From IMG/VR virus record IMGVR_UViG_3300020187_003193: DNA of 64,000 nt; one strand, given 5' to 3'. The translations under genes were made by a program, and so were the position numbers. The stretch comes from a virus. Positions 36,358-46,391 of this stretch are shown piece by piece. The notes under the pieces were generated by a model that saw nothing but the letters and a program-made list of their open reading frames with translations, did no database searches and was not told the DNA's origin. Positions within the stretch are counted from its first letter, which is position 1. Each line of letters starts with the position of its first letter.

Positions 36358-37664
36358 AAGAAATTTTAGACCAAGTAGGTGAATTTATTAAAGCAAAAGA
36401 AACCAAATGGGAAGCAGGTAAAGACTTAGTTCAATATGCTGGTCCTTATATTGACGAAAAAGAACATCAAGCAGTAGTTAGAACTATGCTTGAAGGTTGG
36501 TTAGTATTAGGTAAAGAAGGTGGTTTATTTGAAAGACGATTCCCTAAAAAATTAGGTAAATACTTAGGTGTATTAACTAATAGCGGTTCAAGTGCTAACT
36601 TGCTTATGATGTTAGCTTTAACCTCAAAACGTGGTTTAAACTTACCTAAAGGAACCAAAGTAATTACCCCTATAGCTGGATTCCCAGCTACACTATCCCC
36701 AGCAATACAAGTAGGATTTGAACCTATATTTGTTGACATTGAACTTGAAACATTAAATCTAGATTTAGACCAAGTTGAAAAAGCATGTCAAGAACATCCC
36801 GATGCTAAAATTATAACATTTGCCCACGTATTAGGTAATCCACCTAACATGGATAGGCTAATGGAAATCGTAGAAAAATATGATTTAATTTTATTAGAAG
36901 ATTGTTGTGATGGTTTAGGTACAACTTACGATGGAAAATTATTAGGCTCATTTGGTAAAATGGCTAGCTGTTCATTCTACCCCGCACATCACATTACAAT
37001 GGGTGAAGGAGGATTCGTAGCATGTAATGATAGAGAAACAGAACGTATCCTAAGAAGTTTTAGAGATTGGGGACGTGGGTGTTATTGTGCTGGAAAAGCT
37101 AACGCTTTAAGAGATGGTAGCTGTGGATGTAGATTTAATAACTGGATGCCTAGCTTACCAGATGAAATATTTGATCACAAATATATCTACGAAGAAATTG
37201 GTTATAACCTTAAACCAACCGAATTACAAGCGGCAATGGGAAATGCCCAATTAGAAAAGTTAGATGAAATAGGTGTATTACGTAGACGTAATCATGCTGC
37301 TGTAGTAGATATTTTTAAACAATACGAAGATAAATTTATATTACCTAAAGCACAAGACAAATCAGACCCTGATTGGTTCGCTGTAGCATTAACAGTTAAG
37401 GATGGTGCTGGATTCACAAGAACAGAGTTTTGTGAATACTTAGAGGATAATTTAATTCAAACTCGTCCTTACTTCGCAGGTAATATTATGTTACAACCAG
37501 CATATAGTCATTTAATTGATGCTGAAAAAGTAATTAAGGATTTCCCTATAGCAAGAAAAGTAACAACGGATACATTCTTCTTAGGATGCAGCCCAGTAAT
37601 CACATTAGAACAAATAGATTATATTAGAACAATTGTAAATAAATTTTTCACAGATGAGCAGTAA
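36354..37664 (+). CDS. rfbH: CDP-6-deoxy-4-keto-hexose 3-dehydrase (E1, DegT/DnrJ fold)
   Basis: NSGSSANL, FAHVLGNP, EDCCD, SFYPAHHITMGEGG (His in place of Lys), RDWGRGCYC...CGCR, GYNLK, FFLG. Confidence 0.88.
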   Translation: MKEILDQVGEFIKAKETKWEAGKDLVQYAGPYIDEKEHQAVVRTMLEGWLVLGKEGGLFERRFPKKLGKYLGVLTNSGSSANLLMMLALTSKRGLNLPKGTKVITPIAGFPATLSPAIQVGFEPIFVDIELETLNLDLDQVEKACQEHPDAKIITFAHVLGNPPNMDRLMEIVEKYDLILLEDCCDGLGTTYDGKLLGSFGKMASCSFYPAHHITMGEGGFVACNDRETERILRSFRDWGRGCYCAGKANALRDGSCGCRFNNWMPSLPDEIFDHKYIYEEIGYNLKPTELQAAMGNAQLEKLDEIGVLRRRNHAAVVDIFKQYEDKFILPKAQDKSDPDWFAVALTVKDGAGFTRTEFCEYLEDNLIQTRPYFAGNIMLQPAYSHLIDAEKVIKDFPIARKVTTDTFFLGCSPVITLEQIDYIRTIVNKFFTDEQ

Positions 37665-37779
37665 GTTTTTTGGAAATAGTTTAACGCCAAATACAAAGGC
37701 GGATAAGAGTAAAGTAAAATCAAATAAAGGTAGAAGTACCGTTAAACAAGTTGTAAAAAAGGCAGGACGTGGTAAATAA
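37654..37779 (+). CDS. small basic protein, 41 aa (not in ORF track)
   Basis: MSSKFFGNSLTPNTKADKSKVKSNKGRSTVKQVVKKAGRGK*; fills the gap between two coupled genes. Confidence 0.45.
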   Translation: MSSKFFGNSLTPNTKADKSKVKSNKGRSTVKQVVKKAGRGK

Positions 37780-38740
37780 AAAAGATAGAAAATATGCCGT
37801 AGTAGTCACGGGCTGCTTTGGTTTCATAGGTAGCTATGTAACTACAGCATGCCTTGCTAAAGGCTGGCATGTAATGGGAGTAGATAAGATGACTTATGCC
37901 TATCGCGAAGATGCTTATGATTCATTCATGGAACATCCACGTTTTTCGTTTATAAACAGCGATATAAACGATTTGGAATTCCTACATGAGTGTGATTATA
38001 TAATAAACACTGCCGCCGAAACCCACGTTGGAAATTCAATAGTAAAAAGTGATGAATTTGTAAAATCCAATATAAATGGTGTTCATAATTTACTTGAACT
38101 AATCAAAAACTATAGAGGAGAAGGTAAAAACAAACCAATACTATTACATTTCTCAACTGATGAAGTATATGGAGATATTACAGAAGGAGAACATATCGAA
38201 ACAGATATGCTTAAACCATCTAATCCATATTCAGCAACTAAAGCAGCAGCAGACCAACTTATTACAGCTTGGGGTAGGACACATGAAATACCCTACGTAA
38301 TATTACGCCCAACAAATAATTACGGCGAAGGACAATATGTTGAAAAACTTATACCAAAAGCAGTTAAGTATCTTACATTAGGTAAAAAAATCCCATTACA
38401 TAATGAAGGTACACCAATTCGTAATTGGTTACATGCTAAAGATACAGCTGAAGCCGTAATTACAATAATCGAATCAGGTGTTAAAAACGAAATTTATAAC
38501 ATTTGTGGAGGTTATGAACAAAGCAACATTGATACAATTAAAAAAGTATTAAAATGGCAGTTAGGGGATGATATAAACATTAATGATTATTTAGATTTTT
38601 CTTATTCAAGAAAAGGACAAGATGTTAGATATGCCTTAAATGATGATAAATTAAGAGCATTAGGATGGGAACCTAAAGCTAATTTCGATGAAGAAATTCC
38701 ACACATAGTAATATATTACAACAAAAACTTTATATGGTAA
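37769..38740 (+). CDS. rfbB: dTDP-glucose 4,6-dehydratase-like SDR
   Basis: VTGCFGFIG, DKMTYA, AAETHV, HFSTDEVYG, PYSATKA, NNYG, RNWLH. Confidence 0.85.
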   Translation: MVNKKDRKYAVVVTGCFGFIGSYVTTACLAKGWHVMGVDKMTYAYREDAYDSFMEHPRFSFINSDINDLEFLHECDYIINTAAETHVGNSIVKSDEFVKSNINGVHNLLELIKNYRGEGKNKPILLHFSTDEVYGDITEGEHIETDMLKPSNPYSATKAAADQLITAWGRTHEIPYVILRPTNNYGEGQYVEKLIPKAVKYLTLGKKIPLHNEGTPIRNWLHAKDTAEAVITIIESGVKNEIYNICGGYEQSNIDTIKKVLKWQLGDDININDYLDFSYSRKGQDVRYALNDDKLRALGWEPKANFDEEIPHIVIYYNKNFIW

Positions 38741-39363
38741 CTAAAAAATCCTTAATAGAATTTGAAAATCGAATAGGAGATGCCTTTAATAATGGTGAAA
38801 TAGCAGCTCCCATCCATTTATATAGTGGAAATGAAGATATGTTAATTGAAATATTTAAAAAAATTAACATTGAAGAGGATTGGGTATGTTGTACTTGGAG
38901 AAACCATTATCAAGGGTTATTAAAAGGTATACCTGAAGACGTTATGGAAGCTAACATACGTGAAGGTAAATCTATGGTAGCCAATTTACCTGAATATAAA
39001 TTTATTTGTAGTTCAATTGTTGGAGGTATACCTTCAATAGCAACCGGAATAGCATTAGCAATCAAACAACAAGGTAAATCTAATAGAGTATGGTGTTGGG
39101 TTGGTGACATGAGTTCAGAAACAGGACATTTTCACGAAGCCTACAAATATTCCTTAAACCATGATTTACCTATTACGTTCATAGTAGAAGACAATAAAAA
39201 ATCAGTATGTACTCCAACTCAAGAAATTTGGGGTAGAGAAACTCCATATTATTTGGATTCTCATTATATGGGTGGTATTTTAGAACAGAAAAACTTATTA
39301 TATTACCAATATGATAATACTAAATACCCACACGCTGGGGCAGGTAAAAGGGTACAATTTTAA
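38734..39363 (+). CDS. ThDP-dependent enzyme, E1-alpha-like subunit
   Basis: HLYSGNE, TWRNHY, SSIVGG, ThDP motif GDMS...EDN. Confidence 0.82.
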   Translation: MVTKKSLIEFENRIGDAFNNGEIAAPIHLYSGNEDMLIEIFKKINIEEDWVCCTWRNHYQGLLKGIPEDVMEANIREGKSMVANLPEYKFICSSIVGGIPSIATGIALAIKQQGKSNRVWCWVGDMSSETGHFHEAYKYSLNHDLPITFIVEDNKKSVCTPTQEIWGRETPYYLDSHYMGGILEQKNLLYYQYDNTKYPHAGAGKRVQF

Positions 39364-39372
39364 TATACAAAT

Positions 39373-39909
39373 ATGAAATACTTTGATAGCCTTAAAGAGG
39401 CAATGAGTTTATTAGCAAACCACCCTAAAACCTTATTTATTGGACAAGCGGTCGAATATGAAGGAACCGGATTATATGATTCTTTATCCCATTTACCATC
39501 TGAAAAAAGGTTAGAATTACCTGTAGCGGAATACTTACAATCGGGTATAGCAAATGGAATGGCTATTGAAGGGATGATTCCTGTATCTACATTCCCAAGA
39601 TGGAATTTTTTATTAATGGGTGTTGACCAAATTGTAAACCATTTAGATAAGTTTAAAAGTATGTCTAATGGCAAACTAAATCCTAAGGTTATTATTAGAG
39701 TGGCAGTTGGAAGTGAACATCCCGTAGACCCACAATGTCAACATAAGGGTAACTTCTCGGAAGCGTTTAGACAAATGACATCTAATATAGAAGTTATAGA
39801 ACTAATTGAACCCGAAGACATCATTCCCGCATATGAAAAGGCACTAAATAGAGAAGACGGAATTAACACTATATTAGTTGAATATGCTGACTTTTGTAAA
39901 ACAAAATAA
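39373..39909 (+). CDS. ThDP-dependent enzyme, E1-beta/transketolase pyrimidine-binding subunit
   Basis: IGQAV, LPVAEYLQSGIANGMA, DQIVNH, HKGNF; lacks the C-terminal domain. Confidence 0.82.
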   Translation: MKYFDSLKEAMSLLANHPKTLFIGQAVEYEGTGLYDSLSHLPSEKRLELPVAEYLQSGIANGMAIEGMIPVSTFPRWNFLLMGVDQIVNHLDKFKSMSNGKLNPKVIIRVAVGSEHPVDPQCQHKGNFSEAFRQMTSNIEVIELIEPEDIIPAYEKALNREDGINTILVEYADFCKTK

Positions 39910-40743
39910 ATGAAAATATTAGTTACGGGTGGTAATGGTTTTGTAGGTAAAAACTTAATCAAATCATTACAAGATAAATACGACGTATATTCTCCTAGTA
40001 GTAGCGAATTAGATTTAACGGATAGCCAACAAGTTAAAACGTATCTACAAACTAAATATTTTGATGTTATAATACATTGTGCTATTAAAGGTGGTAGTCG
40101 TTTACAACCTGATACTGCTGAAACTATGTACCAAAATTTATCTATGTATTTCCACTTAATGGATAATAGAGATAGATTTGGTAAATTTTTTAACTTTGCT
40201 TCGGGTGCTGAATTTGATAGACGTAAAGGAATCCATCCTATTCCTAGAAATAATAATTTAAATACAAGTTGGCCTATTGATTACTATGGAATGTCTAAAA
40301 ATATAATCAGTCGATTATTGAAAACAGATAGACATAGCTACAATTTTAGAATATATGGTGTATTTGGGACTGGTGAAGACGATACACGATTTATTAATTC
40401 AAGTTTACTTAAAATAAAACAAAATTTACCAATTGAAATTCACGAGGATAAATTAATGGATTTTGTCCATATAGATGATTTAACTAGTGTTATAAACTAT
40501 TATTTAAGTAATCCTGAATATCCTTTGGATAGCGAGGTAGAATTAGTATATTCACAGAAATATACATTATCAAGATTAGCTACTTTAATTAAACAAATTA
40601 CTGAATCACAAGTTAGTATTAATATTAATAGTACAACTAAAGGTAAAAGTTACATAGGTGATGGAGTAGGAATAGATGATATTGTATTGTTTAATATAAA
40701 AGGTTTAGAAGCTGGAATTAAAAAAATGTGGAATGAATTATAA
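39910..40743 (+). CDS. NAD-dependent epimerase/reductase (SDR)
   Basis: VTGGNGFVG, SGAEF, YYGMSK, RIYGVFG. Confidence 0.82.
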   Translation: MKILVTGGNGFVGKNLIKSLQDKYDVYSPSSSELDLTDSQQVKTYLQTKYFDVIIHCAIKGGSRLQPDTAETMYQNLSMYFHLMDNRDRFGKFFNFASGAEFDRRKGIHPIPRNNNLNTSWPIDYYGMSKNIISRLLKTDRHSYNFRIYGVFGTGEDDTRFINSSLLKIKQNLPIEIHEDKLMDFVHIDDLTSVINYYLSNPEYPLDSEVELVYSQKYTLSRLATLIKQITESQVSININSTTKGKSYIGDGVGIDDIVLFNIKGLEAGIKKMWNEL

Positions 40744-41644
40744 AATTACCTATCACTTACTTCCTTGGGAAATAGATTACGCAATGTTATCCTTTACCCA
40801 ATTTAAAAAATCAAAATACCATTTAACCGAAGACGACACAATTGAAATATCAGCGTGTCTAAACTTATCTTCGTACTTGATTGATTGGGATAATAGTAAA
40901 TTACCTAAACAATTTTTTATAGATAAATTTAATCAGTTATCTAATTTATTAGTTGATTACAAATATACTCCTAAAATATACGACGGAGACGAATTATATG
41001 GACATTTAGATTTCCAACGAGAATCAATTTCACCTGAAGTTGATTTTTATATGAATGTTTGTCCTGATATGTACTTTAGTGAATACTTACTTACATATTT
41101 AATTGCTTCATCTAAAAAAGCACCTAATAAGTATTTTGTTATTACCCCTGAAATAAATAAATTATGGGATGGAACATGGGACGAAATATCAAACGAAAAT
41201 GTTGGAGCAACTTATGATACTTGGAATCAAGTAGACATTTATGATGTTAGATATAACTCTAAAGTAAGTGAACAAGATATAGAATTAAACGAAACCCAAA
41301 AATCAAAATGGGCGGGTTGGTTTGATTTATATAGTAAATCGTTTATGGAAGAACTTTGCCCAATACAAGATGATTGGAAAGGATATGGTCCACACGATTG
41401 GTACTCTTTAATGATAACTGAATACATTAAAGACCAAGGAGTAGATTTCCAACAATGGGTACTACGTGGCGAATCCATATTTGAATACTCAGTTGGTCCT
41501 TTATTAGAGGGTGGTTTTTCAAAATATTATAAAGATTTACTTACACTAAAAAAAGTACCTAATCAAAGAGAAATATTTGAATCTAGAATGAAAGAATATC
41601 TTGATAGAGGATTAGTGAAATTAAAAGAAAAAAATATAATATGA
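40733..41644 (+). CDS. hypothetical protein (possibly GT-A-like)
   Basis: 303-aa coupled ORF within the glycan island; GYGPHD segment. Confidence 0.55.
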   Translation: MNYKITYHLLPWEIDYAMLSFTQFKKSKYHLTEDDTIEISACLNLSSYLIDWDNSKLPKQFFIDKFNQLSNLLVDYKYTPKIYDGDELYGHLDFQRESISPEVDFYMNVCPDMYFSEYLLTYLIASSKKAPNKYFVITPEINKLWDGTWDEISNENVGATYDTWNQVDIYDVRYNSKVSEQDIELNETQKSKWAGWFDLYSKSFMEELCPIQDDWKGYGPHDWYSLMITEYIKDQGVDFQQWVLRGESIFEYSVGPLLEGGFSKYYKDLLTLKKVPNQREIFESRMKEYLDRGLVKLKEKNII

Positions 41645-42462
41645 TTCATTTAGTACTAGGCTCAGCAGGACAAATTGGTTCCCATTTAGTAAATTACCTT
41701 AAGAAACAAGGTGAAAAAGTATACGAAATAGATATTCTCAATAACGAATGGGAGGATTTACGTATACAAAATAATATGGTATTAGATGAATATCTTTTAG
41801 AAGCTGATATAGTATATTTTTTAGCATTTGATGTTGGTGGAGCTAAGTATTTAGAACAATATCAAGACACAAGTGAATTTATAATGAATAATATGAGAAT
41901 AATGTCAAACACATTTGACGCTATTCAACAATCGGGCACACCTTTTATATTTGCTTCATCTCAAATGGCTGAAATGTCCTATTCAAGTTATGGAATGTTA
42001 AAGGCATTAGGAGAAAAAGTAACTAAAGATTTAGATGGCTTATTAGTTAAGTTTTGGAATGTATATGGTAAGGAGCATGATGAAGAAAAATCTCACGTTA
42101 TAACCGATTTTATTAAAATGGCCAAAGAAGATGGTGTTATTAAAATGAGAACTGATGGTACAGAATCTCGACAATTTTTATACGCAGATGATGCTTGTGA
42201 AGCCTTATATACTCTAGCTAAACAATATGATACTTTACCCAAGAATGAAGAATATCATATTTCTAATTTTGAATGGAATACAATTAGAGAGGTAGCAGAT
42301 TTTTTAGATGTAGTAGCAAGTTGTAAAGTAATACCTTCAGATAGAAAAGATGAAACACAAAAGAATGCTATGAACGAACCCGACCCCTTTATCTTGAAAT
42401 ATTGGAAACCAACAACCTCATTAAAAGATGGTATAATGAAACTTTATAATTTAGAAGACTAA
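41641..42462 (+). CDS. NAD-dependent epimerase/dehydratase (SDR)
   Basis: LGSAGQIG, FASS, YGMLK, WNVYG, RQFLYADD. Confidence 0.8.
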   Translation: MIHLVLGSAGQIGSHLVNYLKKQGEKVYEIDILNNEWEDLRIQNNMVLDEYLLEADIVYFLAFDVGGAKYLEQYQDTSEFIMNNMRIMSNTFDAIQQSGTPFIFASSQMAEMSYSSYGMLKALGEKVTKDLDGLLVKFWNVYGKEHDEEKSHVITDFIKMAKEDGVIKMRTDGTESRQFLYADDACEALYTLAKQYDTLPKNEEYHISNFEWNTIREVADFLDVVASCKVIPSDRKDETQKNAMNEPDPFILKYWKPTTSLKDGIMKLYNLED

Positions 42463-43145
42463 TGCAAGGAATCGTAATACAAGGACCTACAAACTATTAT
42501 AAAGAAGTAGCAGACCATTATTCACAATATCCAAATGTAGTTTGGTCTACATGGAGTGATGAAAGTATAGTTCGTTTAGAATACATTCGTTCTAAAGGAA
42601 TCGAAGTTGTCTTAGTAGATAAACCTCAATTCCCAGGTTATATGAATGTTAATATGCAAGTTAAATCTACATATGAAGGCATAAAATATTTAGAGGGTAA
42701 AGTAGATGAAGTATTAAAGGTTAGAAGTGACACTATTATATCTAATTTACCCTCCTTAATGGATGGTTTAAAAGATCAACAATTATCATTTATGGCTACT
42801 TGTAAAACAGGTGTTAGAACAGACTTAGCTTACGATTTAGAATACTATCATACATCACACGATTATCCTTCAGACAATGTAATTTATGGTAAGGTAGAAG
42901 ATATGTTAATAATGTTTGACTTTCAAATAGACGAGTTATTACCTATTCCCCCTGAATCCCTTATTACTTGGAATTATATGACAAATATGAATATGGAATT
43001 TAAATTAAATTACCAACATTTAGTTGATAATGGTATAAGTTTCTTTACTGATATTTGTTTAGACAAAGAAGTAGGTGTACATTGGTTAAAACAAGATGTT
43101 AATTTAGTTGATTGGTATAAAGATAGAAAAGTATATGAGTGGTAA
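42462..43145 (+). CDS. hypothetical protein, WavE-like
   Basis: IVIQGP, WSTW, LKVRSD pattern resembles the WavE LPS-synthesis family. Confidence 0.45.
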   Translation: MQGIVIQGPTNYYKEVADHYSQYPNVVWSTWSDESIVRLEYIRSKGIEVVLVDKPQFPGYMNVNMQVKSTYEGIKYLEGKVDEVLKVRSDTIISNLPSLMDGLKDQQLSFMATCKTGVRTDLAYDLEYYHTSHDYPSDNVIYGKVEDMLIMFDFQIDELLPIPPESLITWNYMTNMNMEFKLNYQHLVDNGISFFTDICLDKEVGVHWLKQDVNLVDWYKDRKVYEW

Positions 43146-44511
43146 AAAATTAATAATATTTGATTTAGATGGTGTTTTAGTAAGCACAAAAGACTTACAT
43201 TACGAAGCACTTAACTCTGCTTTAAACGAAGTAGATTCTAAATACATAATTAATAGACAAGACCATTTAAAAACATTTGATGGTTTAAAATCAAGTGAAA
43301 AACTTGATATGTTAACTAAGGATAGGGGTTTACCTCAAGAATTACATTCCCAAATCTGGAATCGTAAACAAGAACTTACTATACAACAACTACAATATAT
43401 CAAACCTGACCAGTTCATTAAAATGACCTTTAAAGAACTAAGACGAAGAGGATATAAATTAGCTTGTTGTTCAAATGCTATTAGACGTTCAGTGCTGACA
43501 ATATTAGCTAAACTTGATTTAATTGAAGAATTAGATTTAATTATATCAAACGAAGATGTAAAACAAGGTAAACCACATCCTGAAATGTATTGGAAAGCAA
43601 TGTCCATAATGGGGGTGTTACCTGAAGAAACATTGATAATAGAAGATTCACCAGCTGGGTTATTAGCAGCATCACGTTCAAGAGCGGATGTATTACGAGT
43701 TGATACTCCAAAGGATGTAAACATAAAAAACATAGCAGAAAAATTAAATATAAAGAAAATGGGAAAAGTTCCAAAATGGCAAGGTGGTAAATTAAATGTT
43801 TTAATACCAATGGCAGGTGCGGGTTCAAGGTTCCAAGCAGCGGGTTATACATTTCCAAAACCATTAATTGAGGTTAAAGGTAAACCAATGATACAAGTTG
43901 TAGTTGAAAACCTAAATATTGATGCCAACTTTATCTATGTTGTTCAAAAAGAACATAGAGAAAAATATAATTTAGATACATTACTTAACCTAATCACCCC
44001 CGGCTGTAAAATAGTAGAAACAGACGGTATGACTGAGGGTGCTGCTTGTACAGCATTATTGGCCAAAGAACATATCGATGCAGATGCCCCTTTATTCTTT
44101 GCTAATTCAGACCAATTTGTAGAATGGGATTCAAACGAATTCTTATATAAAATGAATGAAACAGATGCCGATGGAGGTATAGTATCATTTAAAGCAACTC
44201 ATCCAAAATGGAGTTTTGCTAAAGTAGATGAAAACGGATTAGTAACCGAAGTAGCAGAAAAGAATCCAATATCCGATATAGCAACAGTAGGATATTACTA
44301 TTGGAAACACGGTTCAGACTTTGTAAAATATGCTGAACAAATGATAGAAAAAAATATACGTGTTAATAATGAATTTTATGTTTGTCCTGTATTTAATGAA
44401 GCAATAGCCGATTGTAAAAAAATTAAAACATTTGACATTCCTAAAATGTGGGGGATAGGTACACCTGAAGATTTAGATTATTTTTTAAAAAACTATAATG
44501 GAGAAATATAA
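43135..44511 (+). CDS. fusion: HAD phosphatase plus sugar-nucleotidyltransferase-like domain
   Basis: FDLDGVL, CSN, KPHPE, IEDS; then LIPMAGAGSRF...PKPLI, NSDQ, GIGTPEDL. ATG at 43135. Confidence 0.82.
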   Translation: MSGKKLIIFDLDGVLVSTKDLHYEALNSALNEVDSKYIINRQDHLKTFDGLKSSEKLDMLTKDRGLPQELHSQIWNRKQELTIQQLQYIKPDQFIKMTFKELRRRGYKLACCSNAIRRSVLTILAKLDLIEELDLIISNEDVKQGKPHPEMYWKAMSIMGVLPEETLIIEDSPAGLLAASRSRADVLRVDTPKDVNIKNIAEKLNIKKMGKVPKWQGGKLNVLIPMAGAGSRFQAAGYTFPKPLIEVKGKPMIQVVVENLNIDANFIYVVQKEHREKYNLDTLLNLITPGCKIVETDGMTEGAACTALLAKEHIDADAPLFFANSDQFVEWDSNEFLYKMNETDADGGIVSFKATHPKWSFAKVDENGLVTEVAEKNPISDIATVGYYYWKHGSDFVKYAEQMIEKNIRVNNEFYVCPVFNEAIADCKKIKTFDIPKMWGIGTPEDLDYFLKNYNGEI

Positions 44512-45058
44512 ATTATACCAATCTAACCTAATAAGGGATAATCACTCCCTATTCGAATTCCAGTGTAAGAAAGCTCACGAATTTATTCTTCAAGACTATA
44601 ATACTAATAATAGTACTTGGGCATATGAAAAATATAATATATTTAATTTAACATCAGGTAGCCTTTTATTTTACAAGTTATATAAGGAATTAAATTATCA
44701 TATAAGAAGTTTTATAGGAGATGATAGACCCTTATGGATTGGTAGCTGGTTAAATTATGACGCTGGTGAAAAAGTTGAACAAAATTTGAAATCCCATTAT
44801 CATGAAGGTTTATACCACGGTTATATATCTATTACCCCTCAAAACACTAAAACCATCTTTCATAATGGGGTTGAAATAGATAATAAAATAGGTCAAATTT
44901 ATGTAGGACCTGGAAATAATCACGATTATAATAATAAAGACTGGGACCATTATGTTAAAATAACCAAACCATATAATGGCATAAGAATTACTTTAGGCTT
45001 CGACTTATTTACCTCTCAAAATAGAAAACTAGGTAAAACTTTTATACCTTTATTATGA
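44498..45058 (+). CDS. hypothetical protein (cupin/2OG-oxygenase-like)
   Basis: WLN...HYHE...HGYISI...HYV...RITLGFD. Confidence 0.45.
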   Translation: MEKYKLYQSNLIRDNHSLFEFQCKKAHEFILQDYNTNNSTWAYEKYNIFNLTSGSLLFYKLYKELNYHIRSFIGDDRPLWIGSWLNYDAGEKVEQNLKSHYHEGLYHGYISITPQNTKTIFHNGVEIDNKIGQIYVGPGNNHDYNNKDWDHYVKITKPYNGIRITLGFDLFTSQNRKLGKTFIPLL

Positions 45059-45495
45059 TTTTAATATCACATCGTGGTAATATAAATGGTAAACAACCTG
45101 ATAAGGAAAACCACCCTAACTATATCTTTGAAGCTATAAAGCAAGGGTTTCAAGTTGAAATCGATGTTTGGTTTATAGTTGGTAAATTTAAATTGGGGCA
45201 TGATGAACCAACATACGATTTCCCTCTTGACTTACTAAAACACCACTCAAATAAATTATGGATTCATACTAAAAATTTGGATGCTATAGGCCAACTTAAT
45301 ATATTAGACAAAACAGGTGTTTATTTAAACTATTTTTGGCATCAAGAAGATGATGTAACATTAACTTCAAAAGGATATATTTGGGCTTACCCAAATATTA
45401 AATGTGAAAATAGTATAGCAGTAATGCCACCTGAAAATTATAACCTAGAAGGACATATAGGAATATGTTCCGATAACATAATACAATATAAATGA
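45055..45495 (+). CDS. short GDPD/PLC-like phosphodiesterase-fold protein
   Basis: LISHRGN...EN...VEIDVW...GHD...WIHTKN...CSD. Confidence 0.65.
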   Translation: MILISHRGNINGKQPDKENHPNYIFEAIKQGFQVEIDVWFIVGKFKLGHDEPTYDFPLDLLKHHSNKLWIHTKNLDAIGQLNILDKTGVYLNYFWHQEDDVTLTSKGYIWAYPNIKCENSIAVMPPENYNLEGHIGICSDNIIQYK

Positions 45496-46367
45496 AATTA
45501 AGCGCTATTGTTGTTGCAAGAAATGATAATTATGGAGGCGATCTAAATGATAGAGCCACTTATTGTTTAAACTCTCTAATCGATACATTCGATGAAGTAA
45601 TATTAGTAGATTGGAATTCCCCTAACAACCATCCATTACTTTGGGATATTGAAAAAAATATACAAGGTAAAGGTAACCTAAAACATATAGTGGTTACACC
45701 TGAAATAGCATCTATGCTTACTAATAACGACCCACATGCTCAGGTATGTAATGAGGTATTAGGTCGTAATATTGGTATTAGACGTGCCACAGGTGATTAT
45801 ATTGTATCAACAAACATTGATGTAATTGCCCCACGTAGAGATGAGCTGGAAGCAACGATTAAAAACGACTTAAACGATAACACATTCTATACTATATCAC
45901 GTAGACATACTGAATGGAAGGACATTGAAGCGTTTCATGGTGGTGAAAGGAAATATGGTGAATGGCGTGAATTAAGAGACCATTTAATCGAAAATAGTGA
46001 AGAACGTACTACAGGTGAAGCCGTAGTTGAAGGTGATAACTATAGTATTATAAATTGCTGTGGTGACTTCCAATTAGCACATAAAAATATTTGGAACGAA
46101 ATACGTGGATTCGAGGAAGAGCTTATTTATGTTCTATATAGCGATACAAACGTTCAAAAGAAGGCACTTAAACATGGTTTTGAACTTAAAGCAATCTACT
46201 CACCAGCATTATTTCATATCTACCATGGTAAAGGTGGAGGTGGTTTTTTAGATGGTATTAATAGAAAAGTAAATGATATGTATAGAGCTGTTACTGCTCA
46301 AGAAAAAACCGAAAATGCTGATACATGGGGATTCGAACCTATTGAATTCGAATACGAAACTCTGTAA
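45492..46367 (+). CDS. GT-A (GT2-like) glycosyltransferase
   Basis: ARNDNYG, LVDWNS, RNIGIRRATGDYIVSTNID, GDFQ, GFEE. Confidence 0.75.
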   Translation: MKLSAIVVARNDNYGGDLNDRATYCLNSLIDTFDEVILVDWNSPNNHPLLWDIEKNIQGKGNLKHIVVTPEIASMLTNNDPHAQVCNEVLGRNIGIRRATGDYIVSTNIDVIAPRRDELEATIKNDLNDNTFYTISRRHTEWKDIEAFHGGERKYGEWRELRDHLIENSEERTTGEAVVEGDNYSIINCCGDFQLAHKNIWNEIRGFEEELIYVLYSDTNVQKKALKHGFELKAIYSPALFHIYHGKGGGGFLDGINRKVNDMYRAVTAQEKTENADTWGFEPIEFEYETL

Positions 46368-46391
46368 TATTTATACCAAAACACAATTACG

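Noticed and set aside
38734-39909. Pyruvate dehydrogenase AMG for central metabolism
   Set aside because: Both subunits are short, no E2/E3 genes are present, and the pair sits among sugar enzymes, so a sugar-branching role is more parsimonious (still unproven).
28819-46367. Bacterial chromosomal O-antigen/capsule locus
   Set aside because: It is flanked by phage replication genes, lacks flippase/polymerase genes, and shares the phage's gene packing and start signals.
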